Positions 1 to 9,618 of a DNA stretch of 32,000 bases are shown one piece after another (position 1 is the first letter of the stretch; every line of letters begins with the position of its first letter). A program made the translations under genes and the position numbers. Source of the stretch: Methanosphaera stadtmanae DSM 3091 (GTDB lineage: Archaea; Methanobacteriota; Methanobacteria; Methanobacteriales; Methanobacteriaceae); the NCBI RefSeq assembly GCF_000012545.1, contig NC_007681.1, positions 1,620,001 to 1,652,000 on the forward strand. Direction: 5' to 3'. The notes under the pieces are model-generated. The model was not told where the DNA came from and did no database searches. It was given only the letters and a program-made list of their open reading frames with translations.

Positions 1-326
1 CCCCCCCAGTAGAATACTATTGATATTATTGCTAATGTTAAAACAGCATAAAACATCATATTATTTATATCATCGTTGTGTTCTTTGTACAATTTAGGCA
101 TGATTGGTGTTGCATACATAAAGATTATGATTAAGGCAACTTCTACAATTACCATCAATGCAGGACTTACTAATCTAATAGTCAAAGCAGCCACTAATAA
201 AGATGCTATTAAGACTAATTCAGCAGACATGACTGATGATGTTACAGATCCATTAACTAATGTTTTCTTAGGATCATCCCCAAATGTACTTTTTAAAGTT
301 TCGACAAGTTTATCGTACATATTCAT
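1..326 (-). CDS. Small integral membrane protein, 3'-truncated by the window edge. It is the last visible cistron of the Mrp/Mbh-like operon.
   Basis: It is absent from the ORF track because it runs off the window. ATG at 326-324 is preceded by AAGGTGA (revcomp of 331-337), directly after the stop of the MnhD-like gene (339-341). It reads MNMYDKLVETLKSTFGDDPKKTLVNGSVTSSVMSAELVLIASLLVAALTIRLVSPALMVIVEVALIIIFMYATPIMPKLYKEHNDD... and has two hydrophobic helices. Its position matches the small membrane subunit that follows the MnhD-like subunit in Mbh-type operons. Confidence 0.5.
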   Translation of the reverse strand, partial: MNMYDKLVETLKSTFGDDPKKTLVNGSVTSSVMSAELVLIASLLVAALTIRLVSPALMVIVEVALIIIFMYATPIMPKLYKEHNDDINNMMFYAVLTLAIISIVFYWG

Positions 327-338
327 TTTATCACCTTA

Positions 339-1853
339 TTACATTATTAAAGCGGAAAAAGCCATGACTCCAAGTCTATTTACTACTAAATCAGGACATA
401 AACCTATAATTAAACAAATAATTAAGAAGAATACCATTATTGCCATAGTTGTTTTAGGAACTTTTGCAGAAGATACTTCTAAATCATCTGGTTTTGGTCT
501 AAGGAACATTGCATATGTGATTTTTAAGAATGCTAAGAAAGTTACAATACTTAATATAATCATAATTATTGCAAGTTCTGGTATTCCTGCACTTAATGCA
601 GCTTGACATAACATGTATTTACTTTGGAATACATTGAATGGAGGTACTCCAGCCATTATAAATCCTGCAAGTACAATTAATAATGCTGCTACAGGCATAT
701 GTTCTAATAATCCACCAAGTTTACTGATTTTACTTGTTCTTGTTTTGTATAATACTAAACCAAATCCTACAAACAAGAATGAAGTTACTACTAATTCATT
801 TACTGCTTGGAATAATCCTGCTGTTATACTGTATGGAGTTCCTAATCCTAGTCCTACACCAATATAACCTAATTCACCAACAGCTAAGTATGCGATGATA
901 CGTTTGTAATCATCTTGCACCATAGCCATACTTATACCTAAAATCATTGCAAGTACAGATACTGCAAGTATTGCCATTTGTACTGATGGTAAATATCCAA
1001 ATATTCTAATTAATACTAAACCTATGGATATACAACCTATTACAGAGAATGATTGTAATAATACTGATCCACTAGGTAAACCTTTACTGTAAATTTCTGA
1101 TTTAATTGCATTGAATGGTGGTAATCCTGTTGCATATAACCAACCATAAATTAACATACCTGCTGCAAATAATAATACTGGGTTTGTTGGATCTACTGCT
1201 CCATTGTGTATCATCATTACAATATCAGTTATGTTTACGTTACCTGTTAATCCAAGTAATAAAGCAATACCCAATAACATGAAGGAACCGCCTATTTCTC
1301 CAAGTAACATGTATTTTAAACCAGTTACATAATTTCCTCTTACTCTTGATACGAGTATTAAACCTACTTGAACAAGAGCTGCTATTTCAAAGAATACATA
1401 TAAGTGGAATATATCATCTGTTAATACAAATGCCATTAATGCTGCTGAGAGCATGAATAATAAATATAAGTATACTCCAGATGTTTTCTTAGTTTCTGCA
1501 ATGGATATGAATACTGCACACATTGCAACTATACCTAATATAAATGCAACTACTTGTTGTCCAGGTCCAAATGCATATGTAATTGCTGGGTGGAATAATT
1601 CTAGAACTGATCCAGAAATTATTGCTTTAGATAATGCAGGTAATTGAACTGCTAATCCACCAGCTGCTAGAGGTTTATATCCTCCAAAGAAATGGTTTCC
1701 ATATGTTGCTACTAATGGTACTATTGGTAAACAAATAGCAGTAATAACTGCCAATACTTTTGTTATTTTTTCAGAACCATGTAATAGGTTAACTAATATA
1801 GCACAAATTATTGGTATAATAACCATTAATGGTAAAAAGATAGTTCCATCCAT
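339..1853 (-). CDS. Proton/sodium-conducting antiporter-like subunit of the MnhD/MrpD - NuoL/M/N family (504 aa, polytopic)
   Basis: The full-length ORF has about 14 hydrophobic segments and family-typical stretches (FFEIAALVQVGLI, GLPPFNAIKSE, AYLAVGELGYIG, AGVPPFNVFQSK). The ATG is preceded by a G-run SD (TGGGGGGTAG). Confidence 0.9.
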   Translation of the reverse strand: MDGTIFLPLMVIIPIICAILVNLLHGSEKITKVLAVITAICLPIVPLVATYGNHFFGGYKPLAAGGLAVQLPALSKAIISGSVLELFHPAITYAFGPGQQVVAFILGIVAMCAVFISIAETKKTSGVYLYLLFMLSAALMAFVLTDDIFHLYVFFEIAALVQVGLILVSRVRGNYVTGLKYMLLGEIGGSFMLLGIALLLGLTGNVNITDIVMMIHNGAVDPTNPVLLFAAGMLIYGWLYATGLPPFNAIKSEIYSKGLPSGSVLLQSFSVIGCISIGLVLIRIFGYLPSVQMAILAVSVLAMILGISMAMVQDDYKRIIAYLAVGELGYIGVGLGLGTPYSITAGLFQAVNELVVTSFLFVGFGLVLYKTRTSKISKLGGLLEHMPVAALLIVLAGFIMAGVPPFNVFQSKYMLCQAALSAGIPELAIIMIILSIVTFLAFLKITYAMFLRPKPDDLEVSSAKVPKTTMAIMVFFLIICLIIGLCPDLVVNRLGVMAFSALIM

Positions 1854-1886
1854 TATAAACTACCCCCCATTGCTGTAATTACAGTA

Positions 1887-2273
1887 CTATTCATTATTAT
1901 CCTCTCCAAATCTTTTATCATTTAAAAGAACGGATGCACTTAAAGTACCATGTCTTTTATATAATACTACTGTCATTGCTAACATTACAGCAAGTGTACT
2001 TGCTCCAATTACAATACTAGTAAGTACTAATGCAAATGGTAATGGATATGATGCTTGACCTAAGAAGTTATTTACTTCCATATTTTGTAAAAAGATATAT
2101 GTAATTCCGTTAACTTTGTAACCTAATGAAATTAATAATAAATTTACACCATCACCTATAAATGCAGCCCCAATAATTTTCTTAACAACATTATCTAGAT
2201 AAACTAATGCTACTGTACCCATAATCATTAAAAGTGCTGCTGTAATTAAAGCTCCTAATTGTACTGATAACAT
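1887..2273 (-). CDS. MnhC/MrpC (NuoK-like) small membrane subunit, 128 aa
   Basis: It has three TM helices and a NuoK/MnhC-like C-terminal helix (YPLPFALVLTSIVIGASTLAV). Its start overlaps the upstream stop (TAATG at 2271-2275). Confidence 0.65.
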   Translation of the reverse strand: MLSVQLGALITAALLMIMGTVALVYLDNVVKKIIGAAFIGDGVNLLLISLGYKVNGITYIFLQNMEVNNFLGQASYPLPFALVLTSIVIGASTLAVMLAMTVVLYKRHGTLSASVLLNDKRFGEDNNE

Positions 2274-2557
2274 TAGGAATCACCTTCCTCTTTTGATACA
2301 GGTTGTTCTCTTGTTTTAAGAATTGTAAGAGCTACTAATGTTGGTACAATAGCTGCTCCCACTACAGCTTGTGTTAATGCTACATCGGGTGCTAATAAAA
2401 CTTGATAAATTGCTGCTAAAATAAAACCAGTAATACTAGTTAATACAGCCATTTTAATTAAATCTTTTTGAATTAAACAAACAAATGCACCTAATATTGC
2501 AAATAAATATAAAATCCAAGGTACTGCATTTTGTATTATTAAATTTATATCTGCCAT
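2273..2557 (-). CDS. DUF4040 / MnhB-like (MrpA C-terminal-like) small membrane subunit, 94 aa
   Basis: It carries the motif LLAPDVALTQAVVGAAI, typical of the DUF4040/MnhB domain. I prefer ATG 2557 (MADINLII...), which is preceded by CAGGGGGAG and lies 1 nt after the upstream stop. The track start at 2593 would overlap the preceding gene by 35 nt. Confidence 0.6.
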   Translation of the reverse strand: MADINLIIQNAVPWILYLFAILGAFVCLIQKDLIKMAVLTSITGFILAAIYQVLLAPDVALTQAVVGAAIVPTLVALTILKTREQPVSKEEGDS

Positions 2558-2558
2558 T

Positions 2559-2867
2559 TTATTGCTCCCCCTGTTCTCCACGGAAGTGTCCACTTGCTAT
2601 TGCATGAGTTGCAAATGGTGCTAATATAAAGTATGTCATTCCTAAAGCTGGTTCTCCAAGAAGTATTAATATTAACACGCCAAGCATATCTACAATACCT
2701 AACATTTCTAATCTTCCAAATACGACATATTTAACATCGTCATCGGTATTACATAATAGTCCTTTTGCTGTAATTAAAACGAATATACCGCAGATTATAA
2801 ATATTAACCCTATAATTAATCCAACAGGATCTACATTTAAAGTAAGTTCTAATGCTGCTTCAGTCAT
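2559..2867 (-). CDS. MnhG/MrpG-like small membrane subunit, 102 aa
   Basis: It has three TM helices and a C-terminal PFATHAIASG resembling the MnhG P..AH..ARA tail. Position and size fit E-F-G order. The start overlaps the upstream stop (TAATG) and is preceded by TGGGGGCG. Confidence 0.5.
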   Translation of the reverse strand: MTEAALELTLNVDPVGLIIGLIFIICGIFVLITAKGLLCNTDDDVKYVVFGRLEMLGIVDMLGVLILILLGEPALGMTYFILAPFATHAIASGHFRGEQGEQ

Positions 2868-3133
2868 TATAAATCGCCCCCACCTAATACGTAGGATACA
2901 GCTATTGTTCCTACAGGACTTAATATAAGTATTGCAAATGCTATGTCTCTACAGAAATCTATTCCAGTAAGTGAAGATACCATTGTTAAAACAATTGCAA
3001 GTGCAATTGTGAAACCTGCTACCCCAGCTAAAGCTGAACCAATTGTTCTTCTTGCTGCAATTTTTACATTTGCTAGCATGTAAACAATTAGACATAACAT
3101 GAGGAACAATTCAGATATTGTTAAAAAATCCAT
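2867..3133 (-). CDS. MnhF/MrpF-like small membrane subunit, 88 aa
   Basis: It has three TM helices and an MnhF-like C-terminal helix (DIAFAILILSPVGTIAVSYVL). The SD is GGGTGATGAG. Confidence 0.55.
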   Translation of the reverse strand: MDFLTISELFLMLCLIVYMLANVKIAARRTIGSALAGVAGFTIALAIVLTMVSSLTGIDFCRDIAFAILILSPVGTIAVSYVLGGGDL

Positions 3134-3148
3134 CTCATCACCCTATGT

Positions 3149-3460
3149 TTATTCTAACATTTTCTTAATATATGGCTCAAGAGGGATAATATCTCCAGTT
3201 GAACGAGGTGTTAAAGCTGAAACTGTTAAAACACGTTCTTCTTGATCCATACTAACAGTGATAGTACCAGGTGTTAATGTGATAGTATTTGATAGTATTG
3301 CAAGAGATACTGGTCTTTCAAGATCAGGTTTAATCTTTACAACTATAGGATCAACATCGCCCTTGAGACAGCAAATACTTGTGTCAAGTATTGCTTTAAT
3401 TATTTCGACTACTAATACTACGAAAAATTCTATTCCGTAGATTATTCTAGTTAAAAACAT
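3149..3460 (-). CDS. MnhE/MrpE-like subunit (short form, 103 aa); first cistron of the operon
   Basis: It has the motif SNTITLTPGTITVS, characteristic of MnhE/MbhA. There is a single N-terminal TM helix and a GGAG SD. A 145-bp AT-rich promoter region lies upstream. Confidence 0.65.
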   Translation of the reverse strand: MFLTRIIYGIEFFVVLVVEIIKAILDTSICCLKGDVDPIVVKIKPDLERPVSLAILSNTITLTPGTITVSMDQEERVLTVSALTPRSTGDIIPLEPYIKKMLE

Positions 3461-3605
3461 AAATTAAACTCCGTTTTTATTATAAATTTAAATCAATTAG
3501 CTATAAAAACTTAATACTTAAAAAAAGAAAAACTTCAAAATTCTAAGTATATAGTATAATAAAATATATATCAAAACCACATATTTAATAGTTATGAAAT
3601 GATTT

Positions 3606-4337
3606 TTAGGCATACTTAAAAATTGAAGTAAAATTAGTTAATAACGAACCATTCACTGTTATATAATGCAACGAACAGATAATCCAAATTAATATTAATA
3701 ACAAAGCCATAGATCTATGATACTTTTTATAACTAACTGGTATAAACAAGCAAAGTCCAGCTGGAGTCCATAAATCCAAGATAATATGACTAATAGCACC
3801 AATAAAAAACATTAAAAATACATTACTACTACCAATATTACCATAATCCACTGGAAATAAAAATAAATAAATTCCAACTAGTAACACATACCATAAAAGA
3901 TACTTTCTACTAACAATAAAATAACCAACAAGTATCATTACAACAAATAATAAAATACTACTTGGCCAAGCAATATTAGAAACTATAAGCAACTTATTAA
4001 TAAATGGAATAAAACCCATAACAATCAATGTAAATAGAAATGATAATACACTAACACCAAGCAATGTATGTGTAAATCCCCTATGCTTAGAAACATAAAA
4101 AATACCTGCAACTAAGATAATAATCATAGCAGATAATGGGAGTTTATCATAAACTGACAAGGCCACAGCAAGAATCACACCAATAATAAACATCACCACA
4201 ACCTTATTTTTATTATTAACATGATCCATATCTGGTATAGATGCTCCAAGTAGAGCAAAAAACAAATAGAAAAGTGAAGGAGCAAATGGAAGTGCAAATA
4301 ATATACCTGCTATTGCATGATTTCTATAATTTGACAT
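3606..4337 (-). CDS. Membrane-bound metal-dependent hydrolase, DUF457/YdjM family (243 aa)
   Basis: It is polytopic with N-terminal H..AG......SIPDMDH and HRGFTHTL motifs typical of DUF457. A GGTGA SD lies 11 nt upstream. Confidence 0.7.
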   Translation of the reverse strand: MSNYRNHAIAGILFALPFAPSLFYLFFALLGASIPDMDHVNNKNKVVVMFIIGVILAVALSVYDKLPLSAMIIILVAGIFYVSKHRGFTHTLLGVSVLSFLFTLIVMGFIPFINKLLIVSNIAWPSSILLFVVMILVGYFIVSRKYLLWYVLLVGIYLFLFPVDYGNIGSSNVFLMFFIGAISHIILDLWTPAGLCLFIPVSYKKYHRSMALLLILIWIICSLHYITVNGSLLTNFTSIFKYA

Positions 4338-4491
4338 ATTAAAAAATTCACCAAATATAACTTAATATCTAAAGATTTATACAAACAAATATAATAATAT
4401 TCTCAAAAATAACCAATAAAAACCTAAATTATATTACAAAACAAACAGATATATAATAATATATATCTCAATACACATAGAGAAATATTAC

Positions 4492-4536
4492 TTTTATAAA
4501 AAAAAATATTAATTTAATTATAAAATAAAAAGGTGA
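4492..4536 (+). promoter_or_regulatory. Putative argG promoter (TATA-like TTTTATAAAAAAAAA) plus SD AAGGTGA
   Basis: An A/T box at 4492-4506 lies about 25-30 nt upstream of the position where a transcript would have to start to include the SD at 4530-4536. The ATG is at 4541. This is motif reading only. Confidence 0.3.
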
Positions 4537-4540
4537 AACA

Positions 4541-5719
4541 ATGGAAAAAGTAGTATTAGCATTCAGTGGAGGATTAGACACCTCAGTATGTGTTAAATTA
4601 TTACAAGAAAAATATAATATGGAAGTTATCACAGCATGTGTAGATGTAGGACAACCAGAAGATGAAATTAAAAAACCAGAAGCAGCAGCTCAAAAAATTG
4701 GTTCAGACAAACACTACACAATAGATGCAAAAGATGAATTTGCAAAAGAATATGCATTCAGATGTATAAAAACAAATTCATTATATGAAGGATACCCATT
4801 AAGTACAGCATATGCAAGACCATTAATTGCAAAAAAAATAGTTGAAATAGCAAAAAAAGAAAATGCTTCAACAATTGCACATGGATGTACTGGAAAAGGA
4901 AACGATCAATTCAGATTTGAAGCAACCATCAGATCAGAATCTGATCTAGACATAGTTGCTCCTGTACGTGATTATAACCTAACAAGAACAGAAGAACAAG
5001 ACTATGCACGAGAACATGGAATACCTCTTCCATCGGAAAAAATATACAGTATAGATGAAAACCTATGGGGTAGATCAATAGAAGGAGGATTACTTGAAAA
5101 TCCTGCAACAGCTGCACCAGAAGAAATATATGAATGGACAAAATCCACAGTAGATGCACCAGAAACTCCACAAATTGTTAAAATAGAATTTGTTAATGGA
5201 GAACCTGTAAAAATCAATGATGAAGAATTAGAACCTGTAGCTCTTATTAGAAAAGCAAATGAAATTGCTGGTAACAATGGAATTGGTAGAATAGATATGG
5301 TTGAAGACAGAATTATTGGTCTTAAATCAAGAGAAAACTATGAAACACCAGGCGCTATTCTTCTTATAACAGCACATGCTGCTCTTGAAAAATTAATATT
5401 CAGTAGAGAAGAAATTAAATTTGCAGAAAACTTAAGTCAAAAATATGCTGAATTAGTATATAATGGTCTTTGGAATGAACCATTAAGAGAAGATCTTGAT
5501 GTTGTAAATGATCATATGCAACAAAGAGTAACAGGTACTGTTGAAGTAAGATTACATAAAGGTTCAATGAAAGTTATTACAAAAGAATCTCCTTATGCAT
5601 TATATAATGAAGAAAATGTATCATTTGAAGATAAAGGAATTGATCAAAGAGAAATGATTGGTATGGTAAAATACTACGATCTTCAAGGTGCAGAATACTC
5701 TAAAGTAAAAAGAGAATAG
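4541..5719 (+). CDS. argG: Argininosuccinate synthase
   Basis: It has the N-terminal ATP-pyrophosphatase P-loop [13 protein letters not shown], plus [25 protein letters not shown] and [12 protein letters not shown]. The length of 392 aa is typical. Confidence 0.97.
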
Positions 5720-5738
5720 ATACCCTATTTTCAATTAC

Positions 5739-5745
5739 TTTTTTT
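5739..5745 (+). terminator. Oligo-T tract (T7) downstream of argG; archaeal-type terminator candidate
   Basis: CTTTTTTTATCC lies 20 nt after the argG stop, in a convergent intergenic region. Confidence 0.4.
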
Positions 5746-5799
5746 ATCCAAAATAAACACTCTTTCTAAAAAAAATTACTATAAAAACTAGAATATATT

Positions 5800-5807
5800 A
5801 AAAAAAA
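5800..5807 (-). terminator. Oligo-T tract (T8 on the minus strand) downstream of the CoADR/Nox-like gene
   Basis: The A8 run on the + strand at 5800-5807 is preceded on the minus strand by a short AGGG...CCCT stem. It lies about 30 nt after the stop at 5838. Confidence 0.35.
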
Positions 5808-5837
5808 TAGTTAAGGGAGTTATACCCTAAAATTATC

Positions 5838-7280
5838 TTATTTTTGAATTAAACCCTGTGCTCTAAGACTTTCAGTAAAAGATAAGTTTTCTGAAGTATC
5901 ATCTACAGGTTTATCCTCTTCAGCATCAGTAGATTCTTCTTTAACTTCACAACAAGAAGAATTTATTTCAGATTCAATTGCTTCAATTTGTTCAAGACAA
6001 TTAGCTGCTGCTTGAGCTATAGGATCTATTACCATAGATACTACTTCATCACATTTAAGTTTCTGTGACATAATAGCTGTCATTGTATCTACTCTTTCAG
6101 CTACTGCTTCTTGACCAAACATTTGACAACCAATAATTGTACCATCTAATTTTGATATTAATTTAATGTGTAATGGTTTACTTCCAGGATAATATCTTGC
6201 TCTGGATAATGTATCAATATTACTTACTACAACATCAATACCTTCTTTTTGTGCACTTTGTTGTGTTATTCCAACTGCACCCATTTCCATAATACCAATT
6301 TGAGATACTGTTGAGTTTAAAACTGGTTTAAATTCAATTTCATGACCTGTTAAATGTTTAGCTAAGATAATACCCTGTCTTACAGCTGTAGTTCCAAGTG
6401 GAGATAGTGTAATTTGACCTGTTATTGCATCAATTACTTCAACACAGTCTCCTACAGCATAAACATTTTCCACAGACGTTTCCATATGAGAATTTACTTT
6501 AATTGCAAATTTTCCTAATTCACAGCCAATACTTTCTGCAAGTTCTGTTTGTGGTCTTACTCCTGTTGATAATATAACCATGTCAGCAGGTTGTACTTCA
6601 CCATCAATAGTTACTGATTCTACTTTTGTTTCTCCATTAATTGATTCTACTGCAGAACCTGTGAGTATTTTAATATTTTTTCCTTGAAGGTGTTCTTGGA
6701 ATTTATCAGACATTTCTTTATCAAATGATCTAGGGAATAATTGTGGCATCATTTCTGCAATTGTTACATTTAATCCTTTATGAGCTAATTCAGAACCAAG
6801 TTCTAATCCTATTGCTCCCCCACCAACAAGAACTACATTTTTAGATTTTTCAGAATATGCTAATATTTCTTCTCCATCTTCTATTGTCCTTACTTTAAAT
6901 ACCCCTTCTAAATCCTTACCTGGAATTGGAGGCATTAATGGTTTTCCACCAGTTGCTATTACTAATTTATCATATTTAATATTTTGTTTGTTTCCATCTT
7001 TATCTTCATATGTAATTTCAGTATTATCATGATCTATTTCTGTTACACGAGATTCTGTCATGATTCTAATATCTTTACTCATGTATTCTTCTGGTTTGTG
7101 CATAATAATATCATCAAAGCTATCAATATGTCCACCAATTACATATGGAATTGCACAAGGAGAATATGCAACATTTTTCTGTGTTGTAAACACTATTATT
7201 TGAACATCTTTATTGTATTTTCTTATATTGGATGCTGTTGTTAATCCAGAGGCTCCTCCGCCTATAACTACTATATTCAA
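5838..7280 (-). CDS. Pyridine nucleotide-disulfide oxidoreductase of the CoA-disulfide reductase / NADH oxidase family (480 aa)
   Basis: It has the N-terminal FAD fold IVVIGGGASG, the redox-active single-Cys motif YSPCAIPYVIGG and a second Rossmann fold VVLVGGGAIGLE, plus YAVGDC. It uses a TTG start (7280) with an AGGTGA SD 5 nt upstream, and the in-frame codon before it is a stop. Confidence 0.85.
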   Translation of the reverse strand: MNIVVIGGGASGLTTASNIRKYNKDVQIIVFTTQKNVAYSPCAIPYVIGGHIDSFDDIIMHKPEEYMSKDIRIMTESRVTEIDHDNTEITYEDKDGNKQNIKYDKLVIATGGKPLMPPIPGKDLEGVFKVRTIEDGEEILAYSEKSKNVVLVGGGAIGLELGSELAHKGLNVTIAEMMPQLFPRSFDKEMSDKFQEHLQGKNIKILTGSAVESINGETKVESVTIDGEVQPADMVILSTGVRPQTELAESIGCELGKFAIKVNSHMETSVENVYAVGDCVEVIDAITGQITLSPLGTTAVRQGIILAKHLTGHEIEFKPVLNSTVSQIGIMEMGAVGITQQSAQKEGIDVVVSNIDTLSRARYYPGSKPLHIKLISKLDGTIIGCQMFGQEAVAERVDTMTAIMSQKLKCDEVVSMVIDPIAQAAANCLEQIEAIESEINSSCCEVKEESTDAEEDKPVDDTSENLSFTESLRAQGLIQK

Positions 7281-7377
7281 TTATGTCACCTATACAAAAT
7301 TATCTATACTTATATATATTAAGTTTATATCTTTTATATTTTAGTTTATTTATTAGAAATATTTCAAAAACTTTAGA

Positions 7378-8442
7378 TTATTCTAACAAACCACGTAATG
7401 TAGATGCAAATTCAGATTCAACTATATTTTTTGCTCCAAGAGTTTTAGAATGTGCATCTAACTCTGTTATAACATAATCATATCCCATATCCATTAATGG
7501 TTTAACAAGTCTTGGTCCATCAGTAACAGCTATTGTTTTTCCAGGTACCTTTGTTATATCAACTGCATGTGGTACTCCAAGTACTATTGTAACATCACAA
7601 TCCTCATCTTCAAGTATAGTTTGTGCTTTAATACCTGTAACTGGATATTCATCAAGTCCACCTGTAATATAATCCATTTTTTTATCTACATTACTATTCA
7701 CAACAGTTGCATGATGTTTTATATATGGAAGTCCTATATTTTCATCTGTATTGGCTATAAATACAGGTAGATTATCAGGATAATACTTTGACCATGGAAC
7801 AGACATTATATCTGCAAAAAGATAACTTGTTTCTTTTTTAGCATTTAATACAATTGAAACTTTTTTATTTACATTTAATGCATCAATAATCATATTTGCA
7901 ACTTTTACCTTATTATCCCCATAATTTGGCTGAATATATTCACCTTTAGCCATACCCCTTGTTTTTTCTAGTTGAGTAGCCTTTTGTAACATTTGAGTTT
8001 GTCGTTTTACTTCATCTTCATCAATTAACTCAGCTTTATTTGCTGCTTTAAGTGTTAATATTGCTCCTGCAGTATTATCTCCAGAATCAAATCCACCATG
8101 TGTTTCCACTACTATTATATTAGAGTCAACATCTGCTTCCTTTACAACCTTTTTCATATTTTCCCCAATAATCATACTAGCACATGTTCCAACTACTCCA
8201 ATATTTTCTGGTTTAAATGTTTCATAGACTTCTCTAATTGTTTTAGATAATTTTTCACCAGCACCAAATATGAAATCATTCTCACTCATAGCTGTTGTTA
8301 TTACTCTTATTCCCTCATCTTCAAGTAATCTTCCTGTTCTAAAACAGCAGCCTGCAGGACCATGCATTATAATCACATCCACTTCTAAATCTCGAAGTGT
8401 GTATAGTGCTGCTGCTATTGGACTTGGTCTTGGATGTATCAT
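7378..8442 (-). CDS. cfbD: NifD/NflD-like subunit of Ni-sirohydrochlorin a,c-diamide reductive cyclase (coenzyme F430 biosynthesis; methanogenesis marker 13 family)
   Basis: The N-terminus [46 protein letters not shown] matches my memory of the methanogen-specific NflD/CfbD family. The size is about 354 aa. Its start overlaps the upstream stop (ATGA at 8439-8442). Confidence 0.7.
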   Translation of the reverse strand: MIHPRPSPIAAALYTLRDLEVDVIIMHGPAGCCFRTGRLLEDEGIRVITTAMSENDFIFGAGEKLSKTIREVYETFKPENIGVVGTCASMIIGENMKKVVKEADVDSNIIVVETHGGFDSGDNTAGAILTLKAANKAELIDEDEVKRQTQMLQKATQLEKTRGMAKGEYIQPNYGDNKVKVANMIIDALNVNKKVSIVLNAKKETSYLFADIMSVPWSKYYPDNLPVFIANTDENIGLPYIKHHATVVNSNVDKKMDYITGGLDEYPVTGIKAQTILEDEDCDVTIVLGVPHAVDITKVPGKTIAVTDGPRLVKPLMDMGYDYVITELDAHSKTLGAKNIVESEFASTLRGLLE

Positions 8443-9608
8443 AACATTTCACCTTTTTTTAATCTATACTGTCCAACACTACTATATTTCACATTACTGA
8501 ATTTTTCACTATCAAATAATGGTAGTGCTGTTATTATTATTTTCTCAATTTTTGATGGATTAATATTTCTATATTCTGGCGTGTCTATCATTACAATTAT
8601 ACAATCTGCATCATATATTTCATCAAGAGATATTTTTTTAGCTCCATGTGCCTCTATAATATCCTCTGATACCTTATCATCATGTACCCATACTTCAACA
8701 TCTCTTTGTACAAAATCATCAATAAGTATTAATGATGCATTATCTTCTTGTGTTTTAAGTGTATCATCTGTTGTTATTCCAAGTATTGCTACTGTTGTTT
8801 CAAACATTGCAAGATGTTCCTTTAAAAACAATTCCTTTTCTGCCATGTATGCCATGTGATATGCTACATAGTTATTTGTATTCCTGGATGTTTCTGATAA
8901 TTGTACAGTTTCACCATATTCATTTGCCAGATTTATTATCTCTGATGAATCCCTAACAATTTCCTGTTTAAGTACTGGTTGTGGATATGGAATATTCACA
9001 TTATTATTCATATTTGCAATATCTATTACATCAATTAAATCTATTGTTAGTGCTTCTGAAAGTATTGCCATTTGATTTGAAAGTGCAATTAGAGTATCCT
9101 TATATGCATTTTGTAGTAGAGGTATCATTTCTGCTGTTTGAATATGTTTTGTTGTTTTTATTGTTTTATTCATATTTTCATATAGATTACATGTTCTCTT
9201 AAGACTATTTTCATTTCTACCTGCAATTATTCTAGTATCTTCTTTAATTATTGTAGTATATGCAAGATTTATATCAGGAATTAATTCATATTCATCTATT
9301 ATTTTAGACATTTTATATACTGTTCTTGGAGGTACTTTTGTATCGAATATCATCAAAGTATCATCATTTATACTATCACAAATAATGTTACAAGCCTCTT
9401 TCAGAGGACTTATATCGTATTTTTCATTAATAATACAGTTTTGTGTGAATATAATATTATCTGCCCTTGAGAAAATATCAACAGTATTTTCTTTTTTAAA
9501 ATCTGTATTAATACTACCTGTATTATCATATACAATAATTTCATCTGAATTAATATTTGAATATCGTTCTAAATCAGTATCCTTATCAGGATAAATTACA
9601 GTTATCAT
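8439..9608 (-). CDS. UDP-glucose/GDP-mannose dehydrogenase-family homologue lacking the NAD-binding glycine loop and the catalytic Cys (probable pseudoenzyme), about 389 aa
   Basis: By-eye alignment to the nucleotide-sugar dehydrogenase family: [10 protein letters not shown] vs STVPPGT; [42 protein letters not shown] vs EAE..KL..N.....IA..NEL....E..G.D...V...; and the C-terminal UDP-binding-like [20 protein letters not shown]. The preferred start is ATG 9608 (MITVIYPDK), with AGGTG 7 nt upstream. The track start at 9671 overlaps the preceding gene. Confidence 0.6.
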   Translation of the reverse strand: MITVIYPDKDTDLERYSNINSDEIIVYDNTGSINTDFKKENTVDIFSRADNIIFTQNCIINEKYDISPLKEACNIICDSINDDTLMIFDTKVPPRTVYKMSKIIDEYELIPDINLAYTTIIKEDTRIIAGRNENSLKRTCNLYENMNKTIKTTKHIQTAEMIPLLQNAYKDTLIALSNQMAILSEALTIDLIDVIDIANMNNNVNIPYPQPVLKQEIVRDSSEIINLANEYGETVQLSETSRNTNNYVAYHMAYMAEKELFLKEHLAMFETTVAILGITTDDTLKTQEDNASLILIDDFVQRDVEVWVHDDKVSEDIIEAHGAKKISLDEIYDADCIIVMIDTPEYRNINPSKIEKIIITALPLFDSEKFSNVKYSSVGQYRLKKGEML

Positions 9609-9618
9609 GAAAAAACAC

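Noticed and set aside
76-606. 176-aa + strand ORF (TTG start), plus 613..867 and 1453..1647
   Set aside because: All three are antisense to the well-supported MnhD-like gene and the small membrane gene. They are low-complexity I/K/N/T-rich translations with no SD. Long spurious ORFs of this kind are expected in AT-rich DNA.
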